Below are positions 8,275 to 17,846 of a stretch of 44,037 bases of DNA, piece by piece (the stretch's first letter is position 1; each line of letters starts with the position of its first letter). Where the stretch lies: IMG/VR virus record IMGVR_UViG_3300045988_088460; one strand, 5' to 3'. This DNA is from a virus. The notes beneath the pieces are model-generated. The model did not search any database and was not told the DNA's origin. It was given only the letters and a program-made list of their open reading frames with translations. Made by a program: the position numbers and the translations under genes.

Positions 8275-9834
8275 ATGACCATTCAGGAAATGATCGCCAG
8301 ACAGCAGGCGATTGTGGCCGGCGCCCGGAACGAGGGCCGGGGCCTGACCCGCGAGGAGCAGGCGGAGTTTGACCAGCTCCAGGGAAAGATTGACGCCGCC
8401 CGGAACGCGGGAGGCCAGGACGGCCACCAGGGCGGCGGAGAACCCCCTGCGGAGGGCAACCGCGGAGCCGGTGAGCCTGCCGGCGCAGAGGGCCAGGACG
8501 GCGGAAACGACGCAACCCGACAGGCGGCGGTGCAGGCAGAACGCCAGCGCAACAGCGACATTGTAGCCCTGTGCCGGCAGGTGGGCATGGATCCGGCGGA
8601 GTACATCCGCGGCGGCCAGACCATGGACCAGGTGCGCCAGGCGGCGGTGGAGTTCATGATCTCCCACGGTGGCCCCGTGGGCACCCGGACCGATGACGGC
8701 CAGGGCGATGAGTTCCGCAACGCGGCGGTGGACGCCCTGTTGCTGCGTGCCGGCGTCCCTGTGAGCAATCCGGCCAGAGAAGCGGACAGCCTGCGCGGCA
8801 TGTCTGTGCGGGATCTCATGATCGAGTGCATGGCCCGGAGCGGCGAGGGGTCCACCACCTCCCTGCTGCGCATGGGCAAGAACGACCTGTGGGACATGGC
8901 GGTGCGCCAGTTCCTTTCCCCCACGGCCTCTTTCCCCGCTATTCTGGATCAGGCTATCCAGAAATCCATTGTACATCAGTACCAGCTTGTGCCCACCACC
9001 TATGACCTGTGGACCAGCAAGGGCAGCCTGCCGGACTTCAAGCCCAGCAAGGCCCATGAATACACCATCGGCGGCGGCCAGTTCGACAAAGTGACCGAGG
9101 GCGGAGAGCTGAAGCACAGCACCCCGGACACCAGCATGAACCCCCTGCGCAAGCTGGACACCTACGGGACCCAGTTCACCATGACCCGTGAGGCGTTCAT
9201 CAATGATGATATTGGCTTTTTGTCCGAAATGCCGGGCCAGTACGCCCGCGTGGCAAAGCGGAAGATCAACAAGCAGGTGTATGAGGTCATCGTGAAGAAC
9301 CCCGCCGTATATGACGGTGTGACCCTGTTTGAAGCCGACGCACACAAGAACCTGATCGCCACCGGCACCGCCCCCACCATTGAGAGCGTCCAGAAAATGA
9401 TGATGAAGCTGCTGCGCCAGACGGATCCTTTCGAGGAAAGCATTATGGTACAGCCCAAGTACATCCTGGTGCCCGTGGGGTACGGTTTCCTTATGTCCCA
9501 GCTGCTTGAAACCGCACAGGTGGATGTGGAGGGCATTGGCAGCCACACCGCAAACGCGCTTTACAAGTACCGGACCCAGCTCCAGGTGGTGGAGGAGGGC
9601 GCGATCAACGCCCTGGCCGGATCCAGCGCGGTGCCCTGGTACATCGTGGGCGATAAGACCACGGCCAAGAGCGTACAGGTGGACTACCTGAACGGCGTGG
9701 AAACCCCCAGTTTCCGCCGGAGCGAAAAGGCCGGTTACCTGGGCTTTGTGTGGGACATTTGGCTGGACTGGGGTATCACCGTCATGGACTACCGGGGCAT
9801 TGTACGAAATAACGGCGTAGCTATTGCCGAGTAA
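8275..9834 (+). CDS. Major capsid protein (HK97 fold) with N-terminal coiled-coil/Gly-rich region
   Basis: 519 aa directly after the protease, with a strong AGGAGG SD. The N-terminal scaffold-like segment and large body are typical of capsid genes. Confidence 0.8.
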   Translation: MTIQEMIARQQAIVAGARNEGRGLTREEQAEFDQLQGKIDAARNAGGQDGHQGGGEPPAEGNRGAGEPAGAEGQDGGNDATRQAAVQAERQRNSDIVALCRQVGMDPAEYIRGGQTMDQVRQAAVEFMISHGGPVGTRTDDGQGDEFRNAAVDALLLRAGVPVSNPAREADSLRGMSVRDLMIECMARSGEGSTTSLLRMGKNDLWDMAVRQFLSPTASFPAILDQAIQKSIVHQYQLVPTTYDLWTSKGSLPDFKPSKAHEYTIGGGQFDKVTEGGELKHSTPDTSMNPLRKLDTYGTQFTMTREAFINDDIGFLSEMPGQYARVAKRKINKQVYEVIVKNPAVYDGVTLFEADAHKNLIATGTAPTIESVQKMMMKLLRQTDPFEESIMVQPKYILVPVGYGFLMSQLLETAQVDVEGIGSHTANALYKYRTQLQVVEEGAINALAGSSAVPWYIVGDKTTAKSVQVDYLNGVETPSFRRSEKAGYLGFVWDIWLDWGITVMDYRGIVRNNGVAIAE

Positions 9835-9848
9835 GGAGGTACAGAGAA

Positions 9849-10286
9849 ATGAACGCAAGATACTGGCAGAGAGGCGAAACCCTGGACTACACCGCCGAGG
9901 AGGCCGTGGCAAACGGCCAGGTGGTAAGCCTGGGAAATCGGATCGGCGTGGCCGGGAATGACATTGCGGAGGGCGCAACCGGCGCCCTGCATGTCACCGG
10001 CGTGTATATCATGGACAAGAAAGCCTCCGAAAAGATCACCATGGGCGCCCCGGTGTACTATGACGCCGCGGCGGACGAAATCACCGCCACCGAAAAGGGC
10101 AATGTCCCCGCCGGCTACGCAGCCGCAACGGCGGAGGCCAGCGACGCCACCGTTCTGGTGAATATCGGGGACCCGGACGGCGCCCCGGCGGTCCACAACA
10201 GTCTGGCCCTGAAAGGCGAGGACGGAAAGGTGTACGACATTACCGTGGCCACCGGCGGAACGCTGAAAGCCACCGAGCGGACATAA
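9849..10286 (+). CDS. DUF2190 head decoration/cement protein
   Basis: GQVVSLGNRIGVAGNDIAEGATGALHVTGVYIM...GAPVYYD matches the DUF2190 pattern. It follows the capsid gene. Confidence 0.7.
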   Translation: MNARYWQRGETLDYTAEEAVANGQVVSLGNRIGVAGNDIAEGATGALHVTGVYIMDKKASEKITMGAPVYYDAAADEITATEKGNVPAGYAAATAEASDATVLVNIGDPDGAPAVHNSLALKGEDGKVYDITVATGGTLKATERT

Positions 10287-10300
10287 GGAGGGCGGGAGGC

Positions 10301-10732
10301 ATGAAAAAGCTGATCGCCAAGCGCCCCGTGCTTTACCTGGGGAGGATGTACGACAAAGGGGACACCCTCCCCGCCAACGACCAGAAGATGGTCACCGCAT
10401 GGCTGAACGCCAAGAGCGCCGCCTGGGATGGTCAGGAGGCCGAGGAAAGCCGACAGGAGGCCCAGGAGGGCGCCGGACAAGCGGACGGGTCCCAGGATAG
10501 CCAGAACCGGAACGGGGGCCAGGAGGCCCAGGAAAACGGCCAGGAGGCGGGAATGGTGGAGGGGCACCTGGACCCTGACCAGCTGGCCACCATGAGAAAG
10601 GCCGATCTGGAAAAGCTGGCCGACCAGATGGGCGTGGATATTTCCGGCGCAAAGAACAACAAGGAACGGGCGGAGCTGATCGCGGCGGCCCCCGTTCAGC
10701 CCCCCGCAAATGAAACAGGGGGCGCCCGCTGA
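10301..10732 (+). CDS. Hypothetical head-module protein with HeH/Rho-N-like motif
   Basis: 143 aa. The centre is Q/E/G-rich low complexity (CAGGAGGCC x4). The C-terminal motif is LATMRKADLEKLADQMGVDISGAKNNKERAELI. Confidence 0.5.
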   Translation: MKKLIAKRPVLYLGRMYDKGDTLPANDQKMVTAWLNAKSAAWDGQEAEESRQEAQEGAGQADGSQDSQNRNGGQEAQENGQEAGMVEGHLDPDQLATMRKADLEKLADQMGVDISGAKNNKERAELIAAAPVQPPANETGGAR

Positions 10733-11067
10733 TGGGCGCCCCCAGCTTCAAGGACCTGGTGGCGACTGACATTTCCGCCGTGTATCTGAATGACCAGGAG
10801 TTCGCGGACACCCACACCATAGACGGCAAGCCCATGACCGTGGTGGTGGATGAAAACGAGCTGCTGGAGCGGGACAAGTCAAAAATGGGGATCCAGGTGG
10901 ATGGGACCTACAAGGCCCGCCGGCTGATCTATGTGGCCAAGGAGGAATACGGCCCGCGCCCGGCCCATGGGAAACAGCTTAATTTTGACGGGCGCCTGTT
11001 CCGGGTGGCCGATTGCACCGAGGAGGCCGGTATGCTGGCCATTACGCTGGAGGCGGTGAGATCGTGA
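10732..11067 (+). CDS. Putative head-tail connector/adaptor
   Basis: 111 aa. The ATG overlaps the upstream TGA. Assigned by position only. Confidence 0.4.
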   Translation: MGAPSFKDLVATDISAVYLNDQEFADTHTIDGKPMTVVVDENELLERDKSKMGIQVDGTYKARRLIYVAKEEYGPRPAHGKQLNFDGRLFRVADCTEEAGMLAITLEAVRS

Positions 11068-11663
11068 GCGAAAGCGTGATACAGATTGACACCCAGGCGG
11101 AGATTGAAAAGATCATCCGGCAACTGGACACCCTGCCCAACCGCCTGAAAGCCCCCGATGTACTGGCCAGCGCCCTGAACGCGACAGCCAACGAAATGAA
11201 GAAAAAAATAGGGCAAAGGACCAGGAAACGCTATGCAATCAGCAACAAGAAGATCCTGACTGACAGGAAAATGGGGGGCATGTACACGAAAAAGGCCACC
11301 GGGTCCAATGGTGAGGCCACCCTGTTCTCCAGAGGCGGTATGCTGGAAGTCATGAACTACATGACACGGAAGAACACCGAAACCACCGCAGCCATGCTAA
11401 AAATTTTGAATGACAGCCCCATGACCGCGCTGGAGGTGGATAGGCGGAAAGCCTTTGAAGCCACATTTCAGAGCGGCCACACGGCCATTGTGCAACGCAT
11501 GAGCAGCGCCAGACTGCCCATAAAAAAACTCATGGCCCCGGCGGTGCCTATGCTGTACGGCAAGACCTACGAGGAGGCCACCCAGGATTATTACTCCATC
11601 CTGCAAAAGCACATCCAGCGAGAGGTGGAGCGGGTCCTGGACGGTTTCGGGAGAGCGGCATAA
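11064..11663 (+). CDS. Putative head-tail joining/tail completion protein (HK97 gp10- or gpZ-like)
   Basis: GTG 11064 overlaps the upstream TGA. 199 aa. Assigned by position plus the N-terminal IEKIIRQLDTLPNRL pattern. Confidence 0.4.
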   Translation: MSESVIQIDTQAEIEKIIRQLDTLPNRLKAPDVLASALNATANEMKKKIGQRTRKRYAISNKKILTDRKMGGMYTKKATGSNGEATLFSRGGMLEVMNYMTRKNTETTAAMLKILNDSPMTALEVDRRKAFEATFQSGHTAIVQRMSSARLPIKKLMAPAVPMLYGKTYEEATQDYYSILQKHIQREVERVLDGFGRAA

Positions 11664-11688
11664 AAAAGCGGCCCCGCAGAGGGGCCGC
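11662..11688 (-). terminator. Intrinsic terminator of the reverse-strand moron (may also stop + strand transcription)
   Basis: 8-bp GC stem GCGGCCCC/GGGGCCGC (11668-11675 / 11681-11688) with loop GCAGA. It is followed on the - strand by T6 (11662-11667). Confidence 0.7.
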
Positions 11689-11692
11689 AAAA

Positions 11693-12253
11693 TCAGCAAC
11701 TATAAAAATCGTCGCTGGTGTAGCCCATTTGCAGGGCAAGGAAATAAATGTGCTTGCACGGTTTACTGCGTTTATCAAAATCCGGGCAAGAGCAATAGTC
11801 CAGCGCGGTGGTGTATTCTGTGCCGGTGGAGCCGCTGATTTTTGCCGTTCCGCTGTCAACATCATAGCTAATCAGCCCCAACCCCTCATGGCCTGCCTTT
11901 TCAAAGCGGTCAGACTGGGCCGCACCACGGTGTACTTTTTCGTTCCATTCTCCAAAAGAGTGCCCAACCGGGCAACGCCGACTACGGATAGAAACAAGTT
12001 CGGTTTTTTTACGCGGAAAAATCAGGAAATACGAAACTGTTTCACGGATCGTTTTACTCCCCTCCCTCCCCTCTATCGTGTGCAGTTCGCTTGTCTTGCT
12101 TACGGGATGTTTCTTTTTCCACTGGCTATATGCAACCAGGGCAGCGGCAAGTATGACACCACCACCAAATGACTGCACCTCCCCAGTAAACAGGCACCCA
12201 AGCGCGAGAACGAGAACGACACCAGCGGCAATGTACAGCCCTTTCCCTTTCAT
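11693..12253 (-). CDS. Membrane-anchored SWIM zinc-finger protein (moron)
   Basis: ATG at 12253 (MKGKGLYIAAG...). Two N-terminal hydrophobic helices. The C-terminal CSCPDFDKRSKPCKH is a CxCx(n)CxH SWIM motif. It is the only reverse-strand gene in the structural arm and is visibly AT-richer. Confidence 0.75.
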   Translation of the reverse strand: MKGKGLYIAAGVVLVLALGCLFTGEVQSFGGGVILAAALVAYSQWKKKHPVSKTSELHTIEGREGSKTIRETVSYFLIFPRKKTELVSIRSRRCPVGHSFGEWNEKVHRGAAQSDRFEKAGHEGLGLISYDVDSGTAKISGSTGTEYTTALDYCSCPDFDKRSKPCKHIYFLALQMGYTSDDFYSC

Positions 12254-12322
12254 TTTACCACCCTTTCCACGCTCTTTTATGCTGATTATTACCACACTTT
12301 TCTGAATATTAACATAACCGTA

Positions 12323-12351
12323 ATTATAAGAAAGAAACGGTAAAAAGTCAA
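12323..12351 (-). promoter_or_regulatory. Sigma-70-type promoter for the SWIM moron
   Basis: The - strand reads TTGACT-N17-TATAAT (-35 at 12346-12351, -10 at 12323-12328). Confidence 0.55.
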
Positions 12352-12365
12352 GGAGGCGCAAGCAT

Positions 12366-12845
12366 GTGACCCAAGAATTTTTGCAGGACGCCATGGTGGC
12401 GGACCTAAAGGAGCTTTTCGCCCATGAGAGGCTGAAAAGTTCCCTGGGCGTCGAGCGGGAGATCCAGATCTACCCCCAGGATGTGCCGATCCGGGAAAGC
12501 GACGATGAAGCCCAGGACAAGGAGGCACCGCCGGAGCCGTATGTGGTGGTGCGCCTCCGGGGCGGAAAGACCGAAAGCGACGATGACCCGCAGATCATTG
12601 ACGCGGTGCTGGTGGCCTGTGTCTACGACCCCGATCCGGGGCGCCAGGGTTACCGGGACGCCCTGCACATCATCAACAAAATTTATCATCATTATTCCGC
12701 CTGTGCCGTGATCGGCAACCGCTGGGAGGTCCTCTACCCCATGGAATGGACCACCCAGGAGGAGGACACACACCCGTACTATTTCACGGCCATGTCCCTG
12801 CGGATCCAGGCGCCGGCGGTCCACAAGGAGGTGCCAGAAGCATGA
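12366..12845 (+). CDS. Putative tail completion/terminator protein
   Basis: 159 aa. GTG 12366 lies 9 nt after AAGGAGG. It is the first gene of the tail module, upstream of the sheath. Assigned by position only. Confidence 0.4.
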   Translation: MTQEFLQDAMVADLKELFAHERLKSSLGVEREIQIYPQDVPIRESDDEAQDKEAPPEPYVVVRLRGGKTESDDDPQIIDAVLVACVYDPDPGRQGYRDALHIINKIYHHYSACAVIGNRWEVLYPMEWTTQEEDTHPYYFTAMSLRIQAPAVHKEVPEA

Positions 12846-13102
12846 CGGCAAAGAAACAGACCAAACCGGCGGCGGAGGCCGGCACGCTGGTGTACTGCGG
12901 CCCCACGATCCCCGGAGTGGCCAAGCAATTCACATCCTACCGGGGCGGCATACCGGAGGCCCTGGCGGCGGCGCAAAAGCAAACCCCGGTGCTGGGCGGC
13001 CTGACCGTACCGCTGGACCAGCTGCCGGAGGCCATGCGCCAGCTGCGGGAGAAAACCGGCCCCATTTATGCGCTGTACCGAAAGGCGCAGAAACGAAATT
13101 AA
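12842..13102 (+). CDS. Hypothetical protein
   Basis: 86 aa. ATG 12842 overlaps the upstream TGA and follows GGAGGTG. Confidence 0.45.
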   Translation: MTAKKQTKPAAEAGTLVYCGPTIPGVAKQFTSYRGGIPEALAAAQKQTPVLGGLTVPLDQLPEAMRQLREKTGPIYALYRKAQKRN

Positions 13103-13118
13103 CAGGAGGTAAAGCAAC

Positions 13119-14585
13119 ATGGCAACCTATCAGCATGGCGTGTACAACCAGGAGCAGGCCACGAGCCTGACCACGCCGATCCGAAGCAGCGCCGCCCTCC
13201 AGGTGATTTTCGGCACGGCACCCGTTCACCTGGCGGACGATCCGACCAAAGCGGCCAACACCCCGAAGCTGTGTTACAGCTTTGCGGAGTGCCAGGCCGC
13301 TGTGGGCTATTCCGACGATTTCAAAAACTTCACCCTTTGCCAGAGCATTGACGCCAATTTCCGGGTGTTCAATAACGCCCCCATTATTCTGGTGAATGTG
13401 CTGGATCCCAGCAATTCCAAGCACACCAAGAGCAACGAGGAGGAGAGCTGCACGGTGGCCAACGGGCAGGCGGTCTATACCAAGCCCTATGTGCTGCTGG
13501 ACACCCTGGTGGTGAAGAAAGACGCCACCCCGCTGGTGGCCGAAACGGACTACACGGCGGCCCACGACGATGACGGGAGTGTGGTGATCACGCTGATCTC
13601 CGAAACAGCAAAGGAGGCGGAAAGCCTGTCTGTTTCCTCCACCAGCCTGAACCCCGCAGGCGTGACCAAGGAGGATGTGGTGGGCGGCGTGGACACCGCA
13701 ACCGGCAAGGAAACGGGCCTGGAGCTGGTGCGCCAGATCTATCCCAAGCTGGGCCTGGTGCCCGGCCTGCTGCTGGCCCCCGGCTGGTCCCACGATCCCG
13801 TGGTGGCGGCGGCACTCCAGGCCAAGACCGGCAAGATCAACGGCAATTTCGACTGCAACACATACCTGGACATTGCGGCAGACAGCACGGGCGCCACGGT
13901 GTACACCGCAGTAAAGACCGCCAAGGAAAAGCTGGGCGCAAGCTCCAACCACGCGGCGGTATTCTGGCCCAAGGGGGCGGTGGGTGAAAAGATCTATTGC
14001 CTGTCCGCCATGGCGGCGGCGGAAACGGCAGCCACCGACGCGGCCAACGGGGATGTGCCCTATGAAAGCCCCTCCAATAAGGACCTGAAAATCACCGCCA
14101 CTGTGCTGGATGACGGCACCGAGGTGGCGCTGGACCAGGAGCAGGCCAACCTCCTGAACGGCCAGGGCGTGATCACGGCCATCAATGCCAACGGCTTCAA
14201 GCTGTGGGGCAACAACACGGCGGCCTATCCCTCCACCACGGATCCGAAAGACCGCTGGCTGGCGGTGCGGCGGTTCTTTGACTGGGATGGAAATAACTTC
14301 ATTCTGACCTACTTCCAAAAGGTGGACAAGCCGGGCAACAAGCGCCTAATCCAGTCCATCGTGGACAGCCAGAACATCATTGGCAACGGGTATGTGGCCC
14401 GCGACTACTGCGCCGGGTATCGGCTGGAGTTCAAAGAGGATGAAAACCCGATCACCGACCTGCTGGACGGAAAGCTGACCACCCACACCTACCTGGCACC
14501 CTACATCCCCGCGGAGAAGATCGTGAACATCCGCGAGTACGACACCGCGGCCCTGGAGGCCGCGCTGACCGGAGGAGGCGAGTAA
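13119..14585 (+). CDS. Contractile tail sheath protein
   Basis: 488 aa (MATYQHGVY...). Assigned by size and its position immediately before the tube gene, as for P2 FI / Mu gpL. Confidence 0.88.
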   Translation: MATYQHGVYNQEQATSLTTPIRSSAALQVIFGTAPVHLADDPTKAANTPKLCYSFAECQAAVGYSDDFKNFTLCQSIDANFRVFNNAPIILVNVLDPSNSKHTKSNEEESCTVANGQAVYTKPYVLLDTLVVKKDATPLVAETDYTAAHDDDGSVVITLISETAKEAESLSVSSTSLNPAGVTKEDVVGGVDTATGKETGLELVRQIYPKLGLVPGLLLAPGWSHDPVVAAALQAKTGKINGNFDCNTYLDIAADSTGATVYTAVKTAKEKLGASSNHAAVFWPKGAVGEKIYCLSAMAAAETAATDAANGDVPYESPSNKDLKITATVLDDGTEVALDQEQANLLNGQGVITAINANGFKLWGNNTAAYPSTTDPKDRWLAVRRFFDWDGNNFILTYFQKVDKPGNKRLIQSIVDSQNIIGNGYVARDYCAGYRLEFKEDENPITDLLDGKLTTHTYLAPYIPAEKIVNIREYDTAALEAALTGGGE

Positions 14586-14588
14586 ACC

Positions 14589-15107
14589 ATGAGCAAAAAT
14601 ATTCCGACCAAGGTAAACAATTACAATGTGTACAACGACGGGGAAAAGCTGCTGGGCGTGGGGGACGAATTGACCCTGCCGGACTTTGAGGCCACCAGCG
14701 AAACGATCAGCGGCGCCGGGATCCTGGGAGAGATCGACGATCCCACAATCGGCCATTTCGGCAATATGCAGCTGGAGATCCCTTTCCGCACCCTGGACAA
14801 AGAGGCCACCAACATGATGGACCAGACCAAGGCCGTGCAGCTGACGATCCGGGGCGCCGCCCAGGAAATCGACAGCGCCGGAAACATCGTGCCCAAGTCC
14901 ATCCGGGTGGTGGTCCGTGGCCGGGCGGCAAAGCTGACCGGCGGCAAACTGAAACGAGCCAGCACCATGGACAGCGGCGTGACCCTGAACATTCTTTACA
15001 TCTTGATTGAGGTAGACGGGGAAAGCGTCGTGGAGCTGGACAAAATGAACCCCACATACAAGGTCAACGGCGTGGATCTGCTGGCCGAATACAAGGAGAT
15101 GTGCTAA
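14589..15107 (+). CDS. Tail tube protein (P2 FII type)
   Basis: 172 aa. NYNVYNDGEKLLGVGDELTLPDFEATSETISGAGILGE matches the conserved N-terminus of FII-type tubes. Confidence 0.88.
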   Translation: MSKNIPTKVNNYNVYNDGEKLLGVGDELTLPDFEATSETISGAGILGEIDDPTIGHFGNMQLEIPFRTLDKEATNMMDQTKAVQLTIRGAAQEIDSAGNIVPKSIRVVVRGRAAKLTGGKLKRASTMDSGVTLNILYILIEVDGESVVELDKMNPTYKVNGVDLLAEYKEMC

Positions 15108-15494
15108 ATGGACGAAACCAAGAACAACGCCGCCCTGGAGGCGGAGCAGACCACCGCGCTGGTCCCGACAGCCCAGGCGGAGGAGCCGGAAGAGGACAGC
15201 CTGATCCTGAAATTCCGCAAGCCGTACAAGTTCGAGGGCGTGGAGTACACAGAGGTGGACCTGTCAGGCATGGAGGACATGACCACGGCGGACCTGTGTG
15301 CTGTGGGCAAGATTATGGCCAAACAGGGCATGGTCACGCCTATGCCGGAGGTAACCGTGGATTATGCCATGTACATGGCGGCCCGCGCCTCCGGCAAGCC
15401 GGTGGAGTTTTTCAAGGGGCTACCCCCAAAGGAGGGCATTGCGCTGAAAAACATGGTCACGGGTTTTCTGTACGGCGGGGATGGAGAGGACTAA
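15108..15494 (+). CDS. Tail assembly chaperone (gpE/gpG-like), zero-frame product
   Basis: 128-aa acidic protein between the tube and the tape measure. The -1 frame is open over its whole 3' end. Confidence 0.7.
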   Translation: MDETKNNAALEAEQTTALVPTAQAEEPEEDSLILKFRKPYKFEGVEYTEVDLSGMEDMTTADLCAVGKIMAKQGMVTPMPEVTVDYAMYMAARASGKPVEFFKGLPPKEGIALKNMVTGFLYGGDGED

Positions 15495-15640
15495 CCCCGC
15501 CGGAAATTAGAAAGGCGTGTGTGGGCCTGTCCTTTCTGCTACGGACGGGGGTGGATTATTTCATGTCCCTGTCAATAGACGAACTGCAAGACATGGCAGA
15601 GGAGGCGATCAAGCTATATGGCAAAAGGAAAAACCTATGA
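15108..15640 (+). CDS. Tail assembly chaperone, predicted -1 frameshift extension product
   Basis: A slip at 15461-15467 joins the chaperone to ...LTPPEIRKACVGLSFLLRTGVDYFMSLSIDELQDMAEEAIKLYGKRKNL, ending at TGA 15638-15640. This is the conserved arrangement upstream of tape measure genes. Confidence 0.5.
15461..15467 (+). promoter_or_regulatory. Candidate -1 programmed ribosomal frameshift heptamer G GGT TTT
   Basis: An X_XXY_YYZ heptamer in the correct phase of the 15108 frame (ACG GGT TTT), 25 nt before the zero-frame stop. Confidence 0.55.
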
Positions 15641-17834
15641 GCTGGCGCTAAAGATCGCCGGCAGAGTGGACAGCTCTTTGAAAAAAGCCTGCCTGGACGC
15701 AGACGAAAACCTGGGCAAGCTGGCCAAGACAGCGGAAAAAATCGGGAAAGCCGCCAAGGTGGCCGCCGGCGTAACTGCGGCGGCGGCCACCGCGGTGGGC
15801 GTGGCCGCCGTTAAGTCCTACACAGAGCATGAGCAGGCCGTGAACAGCATGGCGGCGGCCACCGGAGCCGCCGGCGAGGAACTGGAACACCTCCAGGCCG
15901 CCATGGAGGGTGTCTATCAAAACAATTTTGGGGACAGCCTCCAGGACGCGGCGGACGCTGTGGCCATGGTGGACCGGAATCTGAAAAACATATCCCCGGA
16001 TGAAATCCAGGAGGCCACAGAGGCGGCCCTGGCCCTCCAGGACACTTTCGAGTACGGCGTGGAGGAAAGCACCCGCGCCGCGGCGGCCATCACAAAGAAT
16101 TTCGGCGGATCCGCGAAAGAGGCGTTCAGCCTGATCGCGGCGGGTGCGCAAAACGGCCTGGACTATTCCGGGGAGCTGATCGACACCATCAACGAATATT
16201 CCAGCCAGTTCTCTAAGCTGGGCTTTACGGCAGACGGCATGTTCCAACTGCTGCAAAGCGGCGCGGACAGTACGGCGTGGAACCTGGACAAAGTGGGCGA
16301 CGCCATCAAAGAGTTTTCTATCCGGGCCATCGACGGAAGCGACACCACGGTGCAGGCGTTCAAGGATTTGGGATATAACGCCAACGCCATGATGGAAACC
16401 TTTGCCGGCGGCGGTGAGGACGCAAACAAGGCGTTTTTCGATGTGTTAAACACCCTGATGGACATGGACGATCAGGTGAAGCGGGACGCCCTGGGCGTGT
16501 CCCTGTTCGGAACCATGTGGGAGGACCTGGGCACGGAGGCCATGCAGGCCATGGCGGACGCCTCCACGGCGGCCTATGACACCCAGGGGGCGCTGGAACA
16601 GATCAATTCCGTGCGGTACAACGATCTGGAGAGCGCCATGCAGGGCGTGAAGCGGCAGGCGGAGGGGATCCTGTGGACCATCGGGGAACAGCTGGAGCCG
16701 TACATACTGGACGGCCTGAACTTCCTGTCAGCAACCGTTATCCCCAATGTGCAGACCGCTGTGGAAAAGCTGGGCGGATATGTGCAAAGCAATGTCATTC
16801 CGACGATCAAGACAGCCGCCCAATGGATCGGGGAAAACAAGGACATGCTGCTGACCCTGGCCGGGGCCATCGGCACCGCCGTGGGGGCATTTATGGCCCT
16901 GCGGACAGCGGGACAAGCGGCAGGGGCCATTAAGGGGATCGGCACGGTATTGGGTACGGCGGTCAAGCAGGGCGGCCTCCTGAAAACCGTGGTGGGCCTG
17001 CTGGGCGGGCAATTCACTGTCATTATAGCGATTATCGCGGCAGTAGCCGGCGCCTTTGTGATCCTGTGGAACCGAAGCGAGAAATTCCGTACCGCGGTTA
17101 TGGGGATATGGCAAAAGGTCCAGCCACTCATACAGGCATTTGGCAATCTGGTGAGCCTGATCGCCACCAGCCTGGCGCCCGTCCTGTCCAATCTGGCCAG
17201 CGTCGTTCTGGCGGGGCTGGAGGCCGCTTTTGTGGCATTTGCCCCCTACATCGAAAACGTAATTGCCATCTTAACAAGCCTGATCGAGTTCGTAACCAAT
17301 GTATTTTCGGGCAACTGGGGCGCCGCCTGGCAAAACATTGTGGATATTTTCGGAAATGTTTTCGGAATGATCGTGAACCTGGCGAAAGTTCCCATTAACG
17401 CGGTGATCTCTGCGATCAACTGGGTTATTTCCAAGATCAACAGCATTTCCGTGACGATCCCGGACTGGGTGCCAGGCGTGGGCGGCACAACCCTGGGCTT
17501 TAATATCCCGACCATTCCGGCCCTGGCCGTCGGCGGCATTGCCACGGCCCCGACCCTGGCCATGATCGGTGAGGGCGGAGAGCCGGAGGCGGTCATGCCG
17601 CTGTCCAAGCTGGCGGCCCTGCTGGACGAATGGACCAAGCCGAAACCGCAAGGCGGCGGAGGCCCGGAGGACGGCGACGGGGACCGGATCGTGTGGTCCC
17701 CTGTGTTCAATTTCTACGGCAACACCACCAAAGAGGAGGCCGTGGAAGCCGCCCGCATGAGTTTTGCGGAGTTCAAAAAGATGTACAAGCAGATGAAAGC
17801 CGAGGAGCGGCGCAAAAAGTTTGCCCCGGCGTAA
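15618..17834 (+). CDS. Tail tape measure protein
   Basis: 738 aa, Ala/Gly-rich and helical, with central hydrophobic segments. Canonical position. Confidence 0.9.
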   Translation: MAKGKTYELALKIAGRVDSSLKKACLDADENLGKLAKTAEKIGKAAKVAAGVTAAAATAVGVAAVKSYTEHEQAVNSMAAATGAAGEELEHLQAAMEGVYQNNFGDSLQDAADAVAMVDRNLKNISPDEIQEATEAALALQDTFEYGVEESTRAAAAITKNFGGSAKEAFSLIAAGAQNGLDYSGELIDTINEYSSQFSKLGFTADGMFQLLQSGADSTAWNLDKVGDAIKEFSIRAIDGSDTTVQAFKDLGYNANAMMETFAGGGEDANKAFFDVLNTLMDMDDQVKRDALGVSLFGTMWEDLGTEAMQAMADASTAAYDTQGALEQINSVRYNDLESAMQGVKRQAEGILWTIGEQLEPYILDGLNFLSATVIPNVQTAVEKLGGYVQSNVIPTIKTAAQWIGENKDMLLTLAGAIGTAVGAFMALRTAGQAAGAIKGIGTVLGTAVKQGGLLKTVVGLLGGQFTVIIAIIAAVAGAFVILWNRSEKFRTAVMGIWQKVQPLIQAFGNLVSLIATSLAPVLSNLASVVLAGLEAAFVAFAPYIENVIAILTSLIEFVTNVFSGNWGAAWQNIVDIFGNVFGMIVNLAKVPINAVISAINWVISKINSISVTIPDWVPGVGGTTLGFNIPTIPALAVGGIATAPTLAMIGEGGEPEAVMPLSKLAALLDEWTKPKPQGGGGPEDGDGDRIVWSPVFNFYGNTTKEEAVEAARMSFAEFKKMYKQMKAEERRKKFAPA

Positions 17835-17846
17835 GGAGGCCCGCAC

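Noticed and set aside
7405-9978. 857-aa minus-strand ORF, plus similar long antisense ORFs at 12930..14318, 17858..19402, 23106..24329, 29344..30579 and 36102..37151
   Set aside because: They lie antisense to well-supported structural or enzymatic genes. They are Arg/Gly/Pro/His-rich with no SD sequences. Long open antisense frames are expected in GC-rich DNA.
15407-15452. Alternative slippery sites G_TTT_TTC (15407) and G_AAA_AAC (15446) for the chaperone frameshift
   Set aside because: P-site re-pairing would be mismatched in both. G_GGT_TTT at 15461 is a canonical X_XXY_YYZ heptamer in the right phase.
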